From: Candidatus Latescibacterota bacterium
GTDB lineage: Bacteria > Latescibacterota > UBA2968 > UBA8231
Direction of reading: 5' to 3'
Length of the DNA stretch: 64,000 bases
NCBI GenBank assembly: GCA_964291625.2
Contig: OZ220089.1
Span: 224,001-288,000, forward strand
The notes beneath the pieces were generated by a model that did no database searches, was not told the DNA's origin, and saw only the letters and a program-made list of their open reading frames with translations. The position numbers were made by a program, and so were the translations under genes. Positions 54,939-64,000 of this stretch are shown here, piece by piece; the first letter of the stretch is position 1; every line of letters starts with the position of its first letter.

Positions 54939-56357
54939 GTGATCCCACTCGCCCCCGACGCCCACGTCCACCTGATCGCGGCCTGCGGCACGGCCATGGG
55001 CTCCCTGGCCGGAATGCTGAAGAGCCGCGGCCATCGCGTCACCGGATCGGACCGCAACGTCTACCCGCCCCTGAGCGACTTCCTCCGGGCCGAGGGCATC
55101 CACCTCTTCGAGGGATTCGACCCGGGGAACATCGATCCCGCGCCTGACCTCGTCGTCGTGGGCAACGCTGTCTCCCGAGGCAATCCCGAGCTGGAGGCCG
55201 TCCTCGACGCCGGACTTCCCTACACCAGTCTTCCCGAGATCCTGCGCGACCTGTTCCTGGCCGGCCGCCGGCCGATCGTCATCACGGGCACCCACGGGAA
55301 GACCACGACGACGGCGATGGCCGCTTTTCTGCTGCGGTCCGGGGGGCTCGATCCCTCCTGGCTCGTGGCCGGCCTGCCGCGGGACCTGGATCGCCCCTAC
55401 CATCTGGGCGGGGACCCCTGGTTCGTCATCGAGGGAGACGAGTACGACAGCGCCTACTTCGCCAAGACGGCGAAGTTCCTGTACTACCGCCCCCATCTGC
55501 TCATCATCAACAACATCGAGTTCGACCACGCCGACATCTACCGCGACCTGGACGAGATCCGCCGAGCCTTCCGGCAGGTCGTCAACCAGGTGCCGCGCAC
55601 CGGCCTGATCCTTGCCAACGGAGACGATCCCGTCGTCGCCGAGACCGTCGCCCAAGCCCCTGCTCCGGTGGAGACCTTCGGTCTGGGCTCCCACAACCAC
55701 TGGCGGGCCCTCGAGGTGGAGAGCGGCCAGCGCGGGCAGTCCTTCGACCTCGTACGTGGCGGGCAGCCCTGCGGCCGCCCGCGGCTGTCCCTCGGCGGCG
55801 AGCACAACCTGCGCAATGCCCTCGGAGCGTTGGCGGCGGCGGCTTTCACCGGAGCCGACCTGGAACTTTGTGGCGCGGCCCTGCCCGGCTTTGTCGGCGT
55901 GAGCCGCAGGCAGGAGCACCTCGGCACCATCGGCGAAGTCCGGCTCATCGACGACTTCGCCCACCATCCCACGGCGGTGGCCCAGACCCTGGCCGGCCTT
56001 CGGCGGTCCTTTCCCGGGGGCCGGCTCTGGGCCGTCTTCGAGCCCGCCAGTGCCTCGAACGCGCGGGCCACCTTCGAGGCCCTCTACGTCCAGGCCTTTG
56101 CCAAGGCCGACGCCGTCATCCTCGGGGCGGTTCCGCGGCCGGAGCGCAGCGGCGAGGAGGAACCGTTCTCACCGGATCGCCTCGCCGGTCACCTGCGGAC
56201 GCGGGGCGTCGAAGCCCGGCACCTGCCCTCGCCCGAGGCGATCGCCGCGCACCTGGCCGACCACGCGGCCCGGGGCGATACGGTGCTGTTCATGAGCAAC
56301 GCCGGCTTCGGCGGCGTGCAGCAGCTGACGGCGGAAGCCCTGCGCCGCCGGAGCTGA
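54939..56357 (+). CDS. mpl: UDP-MurNAc:L-Ala-gamma-D-Glu-meso-DAP ligase (murein peptide ligase)
   Basis: HLIAACGTAMG, GTHGKTTT, EGDEYDSAYF, EFDHADIY and DDFAHHPTA motifs. Confidence 0.9.
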   Translation: MIPLAPDAHVHLIAACGTAMGSLAGMLKSRGHRVTGSDRNVYPPLSDFLRAEGIHLFEGFDPGNIDPAPDLVVVGNAVSRGNPELEAVLDAGLPYTSLPEILRDLFLAGRRPIVITGTHGKTTTTAMAAFLLRSGGLDPSWLVAGLPRDLDRPYHLGGDPWFVIEGDEYDSAYFAKTAKFLYYRPHLLIINNIEFDHADIYRDLDEIRRAFRQVVNQVPRTGLILANGDDPVVAETVAQAPAPVETFGLGSHNHWRALEVESGQRGQSFDLVRGGQPCGRPRLSLGGEHNLRNALGALAAAAFTGADLELCGAALPGFVGVSRRQEHLGTIGEVRLIDDFAHHPTAVAQTLAGLRRSFPGGRLWAVFEPASASNARATFEALYVQAFAKADAVILGAVPRPERSGEEEPFSPDRLAGHLRTRGVEARHLPSPEAIAAHLADHAARGDTVLFMSNAGFGGVQQLTAEALRRRS

Positions 56358-56612
56358 TCCCGCCTTCCTCCACCCCATCAGGGACGCCCGGAAGCGAGAC
56401 TCCCGGCAGCGAGTGGGTGTCTCCGTCGCCGGGAGTGTGAGCAGGCGGCCACGTTCCGGCGCTTCCTCCAGCGGTTCGACAACCCCCTGAATTCGCTCCA
56501 GAACAATGAGTTGCGGAATCACCCCAGAGCCGGCACGGGAGTTGCACCGAGACGGGCCCGGCAGGCGGAAGGTCCTTCGCCCGCCCCCACCCCTTTCCCG
56601 GAGGCATTCCCC

Positions 56613-57284
56613 ATGCTGACTCGAGTGTTGCGCATCTCCCCCTGGCTGGCCGGCTGGCTCATCCTCACCGGCGCCGGCTCCGCTGGCGGCGAGCCGGGGC
56701 CCGTCGTCGTGAGCGAGTTGATGTGGGCGGGAAGCTCCGCCTCCAGCTCCGACGAGTGGATCGAGCTCTACAACCGCGGCTCCGACACGGTGAACCTCGC
56801 CGGCTGGACGATCACCCGCGGCGACGGCGAGGACGAGCGCCTGATGGTCCTCATCGAGTCCGGCCAGCTGCCGCCGGGCGGGGTCTTCCTGATCTCCAAC
56901 TACGGCCACGAGGACGAACGCTCCCGCCTGGCGGCGGCACCCTCCCTCGTCGACCCGCAGGTCTCCCTGCCCAACAGCAAGCTCCGTCTCCGCCTCTACG
57001 ACGGTCCCCCCGAGTCGGGAGCCGTCATCGACCTGGTCGACGACGGAAAGGGCGCACCCTTCGGCGGCCTGAGCGGTGATATGAAAGCGGCCATGGTGCG
57101 GACCGACCTGGAGGCCCCGGGGGACGAGAAGAGTTCGTGGACCACGGCCACCGCAGCCAGCGGATGGGACCCGGGGGCCACCGAGCTCGGCACCCCCGGT
57201 ACCATGCCCGGCGAGCAGTCCTCGACGGAGATTCCCACCAACGTATGGGCCGTCGCCTGGGGGACGATCAAGCACGGGCTCTGA
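56613..57284 (+). CDS. Secreted lamin tail domain (LTD) protein with C-terminal WGxIK motif
   Basis: GGAGG RBS and ATG at 56613; signal peptide; VVVSELMW...DEWIELYN...VNLAGWTI...GTPG; ends TNVWAVAWGTIKHGL. Confidence 0.8.
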   Translation: MLTRVLRISPWLAGWLILTGAGSAGGEPGPVVVSELMWAGSSASSSDEWIELYNRGSDTVNLAGWTITRGDGEDERLMVLIESGQLPPGGVFLISNYGHEDERSRLAAAPSLVDPQVSLPNSKLRLRLYDGPPESGAVIDLVDDGKGAPFGGLSGDMKAAMVRTDLEAPGDEKSSWTTATAASGWDPGATELGTPGTMPGEQSSTEIPTNVWAVAWGTIKHGL

Positions 57285-57398
57285 GAGCCGCGTCCGCCGA
57301 CCGAGGTTCGTATCTTCCTGCAATCGGCATCTCGCAGCCCCGCCGCCCCGCAACCCGGATGGCGGCGGGGCCAGCACGACTACACCAGGGCCATCTCT

Positions 57399-59114
<1,716 letters not shown>

Positions 59115-59158
59115 AAAGAACGCAAACGAGCCCGGCCGCAAGGCGCGGGCGGGCTCGT
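59115..59158 (-). terminator. Putative intrinsic terminator between convergent genes
   Basis: ACGAGCCCG (59126-34) pairs with CGGGCTCGT (59150-58), with an inner GCC-GCAA-GGC hairpin; TTGCGTTCTTT follows on the minus strand. Confidence 0.55.
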
Positions 59159-59180
59159 CAGGCGGGACCGGCGGCTCCGG

Positions 59181-60521
59181 CTACTGGGCGTACTGACTGA
59201 CGTTGGCGATGCCGCCGGGCTGGGTCAGGGCGAAGACGATCAGGTTGACCCCGAACTGGAGGCCGCGCTCCCGGGCATCGGCATTCGGATCGCCCCAGAA
59301 CCAACTGATGTTGAGGTCGGAGAAGATCACGGCCACCCGGCCCCGAAGCTCGAGCATCTCGAGGTCGAAGACGTTGCCGCCGGGCGCTCCTCCCTTGGGA
59401 GGTCCGTCGCCGAAGTCGTAGAAGCTGGAGAACAGGGAGTGGTTCTTCTCGACCCGCTGCCACCGGGCGCCGTCGCCGGAGAGGACCTTCTCGTCCTTCA
59501 TGAGCGACTTGAACTGGCGGTCGAAGATGGTGCCCGCCGTGCCCGCCCCCGTGCCCTCCAGGCTGCCCTCCGAGTTGGCATGGCGGATCTCCTCCGCGAA
59601 GAGGAAGCCGCCCTGGCGGAGGTACTCTCCCAGGTTCTCCTTCTCCGTGGAGGAAAACTGGAAGATGGCGTTGTTCCCGGTCATGTAGAGGAACGGTTCC
59701 TTGAAGATCTGCGAGTCGCTCAGACGCAGCGTCACCCCCTCGATGCGGGCGTTGATGCGCGTATGGTCGCGCATGTAACGCATCAACTCCTCGACGGCGG
59801 TGGGGAAGCGGTCCGTGCTCTTGTTGGCCAGGTCGTAGTCCATGACGCTCATGTTGAAGAACCCGCGGATGTTGCGCTTGTTCTCCGGGTCCTGGATCAG
59901 GATCGCCTGGTAGCGGCCGAAGTCGAGATCCTGGACGTTGAGCAACTCCTGCTTCAGACTCAGGGCCTCCTGAACGGGGGCCGCCGTCTCCGTGAGCTCG
60001 ATCATCTCGACCTCGTCGAAGGCCAGATCCTCCGCCTTGGCCCCGGAGAACGCGCCCAGCACCTGGCTGCCGGGCAGCACCGCACCGAGGAGGTCGGAAC
60101 CGATGGCGCTCACGTCGGCGATGGCGGTGATGTCGGTGGGCAGATCCGGCGGCGACAGCGACGCCAGCATTTCCATCTGCACCTCCGAGATCTCGGGCTG
60201 CTTGGCCAGGTCGAAGTTCTTCTCGAGGATCGGCGGCGGCGCCTGGAAGCGGATCAGCTTCGCCTCCTCCTCGGTGACCTGCTGCTCGTAGTACCAAGCG
60301 ACGCCCCAGGCGACGGCCTCGATGACTATGGCCACCGCGAGACTCACGAACAGGGCCGCCCGCCGGCCCGCCGTGGCCCGCCAGAGGACGTAGACCAGCA
60401 CGGCACCAACGAGAGCGTTGAGCCCCAGCACCTGGGTCTTCGAGAAGAACCCGATGATGACGACATGAAGGAAGACAGCGATCCCGAAGGAGCCGTACAG
60501 TATCTTTCTACGCTCTTCCAC
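59181..60521 (-). CDS. Membrane-anchored DUF4159 domain protein
   Basis: Three N-terminal TMs (IAVFLHV), an acidic/Pro linker, then PFLYMTG...ENLGEYLRQGGFLFAEE...FGVNLIVFALT. Confidence 0.75.
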   Translation of the reverse strand: MEERRKILYGSFGIAVFLHVVIIGFFSKTQVLGLNALVGAVLVYVLWRATAGRRAALFVSLAVAIVIEAVAWGVAWYYEQQVTEEEAKLIRFQAPPPILEKNFDLAKQPEISEVQMEMLASLSPPDLPTDITAIADVSAIGSDLLGAVLPGSQVLGAFSGAKAEDLAFDEVEMIELTETAAPVQEALSLKQELLNVQDLDFGRYQAILIQDPENKRNIRGFFNMSVMDYDLANKSTDRFPTAVEELMRYMRDHTRINARIEGVTLRLSDSQIFKEPFLYMTGNNAIFQFSSTEKENLGEYLRQGGFLFAEEIRHANSEGSLEGTGAGTAGTIFDRQFKSLMKDEKVLSGDGARWQRVEKNHSLFSSFYDFGDGPPKGGAPGGNVFDLEMLELRGRVAVIFSDLNISWFWGDPNADARERGLQFGVNLIVFALTQPGGIANVSQYAQ

Positions 60522-60551
60522 TTTCCGTTCCCCGTGGCTTGTTCAACTGAT

Positions 60552-60575
60552 CCCCGCCGGCAAGGGCCGGCGGGG
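60552..60575. other. Perfect 10-bp GC hairpin in the exbD-DUF4159 intergenic region
   Basis: CCCCGCCGGC-AAGG-GCCGGCGGGG; no U-tract on either side. Confidence 0.6.
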
Positions 60576-60587
60576 CGTTGGGGTCGA

Positions 60588-60995
60588 CTACTTCCCTCTC
60601 TGCGGCTCCGTGGCGATGATCTGGTCGACCACCCCCACCTGACGAGCGATATCCATGATCTGCACGATCTGGCCATGGGTGGCGCGCTCGTCGCCCTGGA
60701 TGATGATCATCGTCGTGTTGTCCAGGATCTGACGCTTCTCCTGGATCCGGTCCTTCAGGTTGGCGAAGGTCACGGTCTGGTGATTCAGCTTCATGTTGCC
60801 GTCCTGATCGACGACGATGAACAGGTTCTCCTTCTCGGGCGCCTGCGCCTCCTCCGCCTCGGGCAGTTTGATGTCGAGACCCGGGGTGATGGCGAAGACC
60901 GCCGTCACCATGAAGAAGATCAGCAGCTGGAACACCACGTCGATCATCGGCGTAAGGTCCGGCTTCTCGTCGTAGCGCCTTTTTTCCTGTGCCAT
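60588..60995 (-). CDS. exbD: Biopolymer transporter ExbD/TolR
   Basis: DLTPMIDVVFQLLIFFMVT motif. Confidence 0.93.
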   Translation of the reverse strand: MAQEKRRYDEKPDLTPMIDVVFQLLIFFMVTAVFAITPGLDIKLPEAEEAQAPEKENLFIVVDQDGNMKLNHQTVTFANLKDRIQEKRQILDNTTMIIIQGDERATHGQIVQIMDIARQVGVVDQIIATEPQRGK

Positions 60996-61019
60996 TATTC
61001 GGCCTCCGAGCCCCCCCGG

Positions 61020-61670
61020 TTAGGCGGTCTGGCTCTGCCAGCGGCGCAGCAGGGCATCCACGAACCCGTGCCCGTAGGGCTCGAACTGGATACCCTTGCC
61101 CTCGGCGCGCTGTGCGAAATAGGTGTAGATGGCCAGCGAAGGCACGGCGATGACGAGACCGGTCACCGTCGTGATCAGCGCCTCGGAGATACCGGCGGCG
61201 ACGATCGTCGGCTCGCCCAGTCCCTTCTCGGCGATGCCCTCGAAGGCGCGGATCATTCCGTTCACCGTTCCCAGCAGGCCGAGGAGCACGACCGAGCTGG
61301 CGACGAACTGGATCACCGACAGGTAGCGCTCGAGGTAGCTGCTCGCGGCGCGCTCTACCGTGCCGTTCATCTCGGCGCGCATCTCCTCGATGCTGCGCTG
61401 CTCGCGGGAGAGGTGCTCGAAGCGCTCGATGCCCTCGGCGTAGACATCCCCCTCCAGACGGCCGATCTCCCTGCAGTACTCCTGGAGCTGGTCGAAGGAA
61501 GCCCCGGAGTCGATCCGGCCGGTGACGTCGTTGGTCACCTCGGACAGTTCATCCTCCGACCGCATCCGCGCGTAGGTGACGATGCGCTCGATGAAGAATC
61601 CGAGGGCCATGATCGACCACAAGCCGAGGGGCCACATGAACGGTCCACCATCCTGAAAGAACTCCAGCAT
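61020..61670 (-). CDS. exbB: MotA/TolQ/ExbB proton channel protein
   Basis: GGPFMWPL, LLGLLGTVNGMIRAF and GISEALITTVTGLVIAVP motifs. Confidence 0.93.
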   Translation of the reverse strand: MLEFFQDGGPFMWPLGLWSIMALGFFIERIVTYARMRSEDELSEVTNDVTGRIDSGASFDQLQEYCREIGRLEGDVYAEGIERFEHLSREQRSIEEMRAEMNGTVERAASSYLERYLSVIQFVASSVVLLGLLGTVNGMIRAFEGIAEKGLGEPTIVAAGISEALITTVTGLVIAVPSLAIYTYFAQRAEGKGIQFEPYGHGFVDALLRRWQSQTA

Positions 61671-61759
61671 GATCGCTGATCCTCCTTGAGTTAGGGCTCA
61701 GATCTCTCGGCCCGAATCACTGAGTAAAAGGTTCATTGCGATGCCATGGTTTCGGGTGC

Positions 61760-64000
61760 TCAGAGAACGCGCGCTTCCTCCAGCGCCTCCAACTGCTGCC
61801 TCGAGAAGTCCACCTGCGGCGAGAAGCGCTGGATGCTGCCGTACTTCTGGACCACCTGCTGGAACTCCTCGGCCGCTTTGCGGTACTCCTCGAGAGCCAT
61901 GTACGCCGAGGCGATGTTGACGGCTGCGTTGACCGCCTGGTCGCTGTCCGGAAAGCGCTCGATCACCTCCTTGAAGATCTCGATGGACTCCACGTACTGC
62001 TCGCCGTCGAACAAGGACTCGCCCGCGGCGTAGACGTTGTAGGCCTCGATCTCCGACAGGTGGCCGAGGAGGACGGACGCCTTGCGGCGCAGGGGCCGGT
62101 CCTTGGCTTTCAGACGCTGCTCGGGGAACATCTCCAGGAACTTCCGGTAGCTCGCCGAGGCGAGATCGTACTCCTTCTCGCCGTAGTAGTAGTCGCCCAG
62201 GGTGAATTGGCTGGCGGCGCCGAAATCGCCGTCGGGGTGCTCGGTGACGATCCGCTCGAAGAAGGGAAGGGCGTCGGCCTTGGTGTACTCCTCCCCCAGG
62301 TCGGAGAGGTGGATGATGGCCCACGCCTTGTTGTACAGGGCGTCGTCGACGACGTCCGACCGCGAATAGCGGCCCAGAACGGCGTCGTACTTGCGCATGG
62401 CCTCCCTGAAGATCCCCTTCTTGTTTTCCCGGGTCTCGCCCTGGGCCAGATTGAAGACCGCCTCCCCCGCCCGGAACAGGGACTGGGCCGCGAACTCGGA
62501 GCGCGGGAACTTCGAGGCGAGATCTTCGAAAGTCTTGCTGGACTCGCGCCACTTGCCCATGCGGTACTCGGCAAAAGCGGCGTAGTAGTAGGCGTAGACC
62601 ACCTTCTCGTCGTCGGGGTAGGCCGTGTAGTAGGTCCTGAAGGCCTCGGCCACGTAGGGCAGGTACTGCACGTTGCCGTCCCCCGACATCTTGTTGTATG
62701 CGGCTCCGATCTGGAACTGCGCGTTTCGCGCCCAGCCGATCTGCGGATAGTTGTCGACGATGGTCTGGTAGGTCTGGACCGCCTTCTCCAGGTCGCCGGA
62801 CCGGAACTGGCTGTTGCCCTGCACGAAGAGGGCGTTGGCAATGTCCTCCGCGTCGACGGCCAGATCGAGGAGCTGCTGCGAGGCCGCGACGCTCTGCTCG
62901 TATCGCCCGAGGCGGAAGTAGGCGCTGGCCATGCGGATCAGCACGCGCACCTTGTCCTCCTGCGTCGTCAGGCGCGCCAGCATGTCTTCGTAGGTGCGTA
63001 TCGCATCCTCCGGATCCTGCTTCTCCGCCATGGAGATCAGCTGCAGCTGGGCGTTGCGGGCCAGGGTCTCGTCGCCGGACTCGATCACCTGCGTCAACAG
63101 CTTCGTGGCCTCCGCGTCCTGCCCCTGCGCGGCGAAGGAGAGGGCCATGGCGAAGTTGACCTTCAGCGCCATGCTCTCGGCAAGGTCCTGATCCAGGAGC
63201 CACTGGTAGTCGGCCAGGGCCCTGGAGAACCGGTTGGCCTTGTGGTAAGCCAGGGCGCGGCCGTAGCGAACCTCCCGGATCACGCCCGACTCGGGGTATT
63301 CGTCGATGACCTTCGTGTATCGATTGATGGCGTCCACATAGTTGTCGTTGTTGAGATCGAGCTGGGCGATCTGGTAGTGGGCCTGGGCCTCCAGCGCCCG
63401 ATCGCCCGTGACGCCCTTCAGCAGTTGGTCGAGGACCCCGCGGCCCTCCTCGGAGCGGCCGGCGCCGATGTGGATGTTGGCCGCCTCGATCAGGGATGCC
63501 ACGTAGACCTCGCCGGCCTCGCGGCCGACGCGGGAGAAGGCGTCGATGGCGCCGTCCAGCTCACCCCTCTGCTTGTAGAGGAGCCCGAGGCCGTAGTTGG
63601 CATCGGCGGCATGGCGGGTCTCGCCGTAGTTGTCGGCGATGATGCGATAGGCCTCGATGGCCTCGTCGAAGCGCTGCTGCTCGGTGTTGACGCGGCCTAT
63701 CCGCAGCAGGCAGAGAGGCGCCTGATCGGACCGTGGGAAGCTCTCCACCACCTGTCCGTAGACATCCAGGGCGGTCTCGTAGTCCTCCAGCTTCTCGGAG
63801 GACCAGCCGGCGCTGTACAGGGCGTTGGCCCGCAGGCCGGTTTCGCTGTCGGGATAGAGGGTGGCGACGGCGGAGTACTCCTGGCGGGCCTCTTCGAAGT
63901 CCCCTGCGAAGTAGCGGGCCTCGCCCTTGTTGTACTGGGCGATGGGCGGGTACGGCGTGTCTCCGTAGAGTTCGATCACCTGGTTGTAGGTGGTGTAGGC
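61760..64000 (-). CDS. Long TPR-repeat protein (CpoB/BamD-like repeats), 5' truncated by window edge
   Basis: Frame is open to the window end; many A.Y..G...A...Y..V...YP.S repeats. Confidence 0.85.
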   Translation of the reverse strand, partial: AYTTYNQVIELYGDTPYPPIAQYNKGEARYFAGDFEEARQEYSAVATLYPDSETGLRANALYSAGWSSEKLEDYETALDVYGQVVESFPRSDQAPLCLLRIGRVNTEQQRFDEAIEAYRIIADNYGETRHAADANYGLGLLYKQRGELDGAIDAFSRVGREAGEVYVASLIEAANIHIGAGRSEEGRGVLDQLLKGVTGDRALEAQAHYQIAQLDLNNDNYVDAINRYTKVIDEYPESGVIREVRYGRALAYHKANRFSRALADYQWLLDQDLAESMALKVNFAMALSFAAQGQDAEATKLLTQVIESGDETLARNAQLQLISMAEKQDPEDAIRTYEDMLARLTTQEDKVRVLIRMASAYFRLGRYEQSVAASQQLLDLAVDAEDIANALFVQGNSQFRSGDLEKAVQTYQTIVDNYPQIGWARNAQFQIGAAYNKMSGDGNVQYLPYVAEAFRTYYTAYPDDEKVVYAYYYAAFAEYRMGKWRESSKTFEDLASKFPRSEFAAQSLFRAGEAVFNLAQGETRENKKGIFREAMRKYDAVLGRYSRSDVVDDALYNKAWAIIHLSDLGEEYTKADALPFFERIVTEHPDGDFGAASQFTLGDYYYGEKEYDLASASYRKFLEMFPEQRLKAKDRPLRRKASVLLGHLSEIEAYNVYAAGESLFDGEQYVESIEIFKEVIERFPDSDQAVNAAVNIASAYMALEEYRKAAEEFQQVVQKYGSIQRFSPQVDFSRQQLEALEEARVL

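Overview
This is a very GC-rich bacterial chromosomal segment that is densely coding, with about 50 CDS and one tRNA-Gly(GCC). I saw no CRISPR array, IS element or prophage. The gene content (TolC, ExbBD, Mpl, LolB-like, CRTAC1/ASPIC proteins, PhyH, a lamin-tail protein ending in WGxIK) suggests an uncultured diderm, possibly Latescibacterota/Poribacteria-like; this is inference only. Housekeeping genes include PBP1A, rlmN, an M23 peptidase, larC, dppABC, glgB, recD2, rel, hisC and mpl. The most interesting locus is a co-oriented minus-strand cluster at about 39.2-48.7 kb. It encodes (1) a giant PA/M28-peptidase-fold + FtsX-like permease fusion whose canonical metal and catalytic residues are substituted, (2) an OPT-like transporter with an FN3-like insertion, (3) a two-repeat Cys-containing unknown protein, (4) a stand-alone PqqD/RRE-like protein with no RiPP enzyme nearby and (5) a PAP2-like membrane protein. 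Together these are a candidate uncharacterised peptide recognition and transport system. Two further candidate envelope systems are TolC/MlaC-DUF3047/MlaC/MMPL and TPR/ExbB/ExbD/DUF4159. rlmN and glgB each carry a single frameshift at a short G-run, probably a sequencing error. Two genes, and possibly a third, appear to lack a canonical start codon. All family assignments are by motif recognition; no database searches were run.
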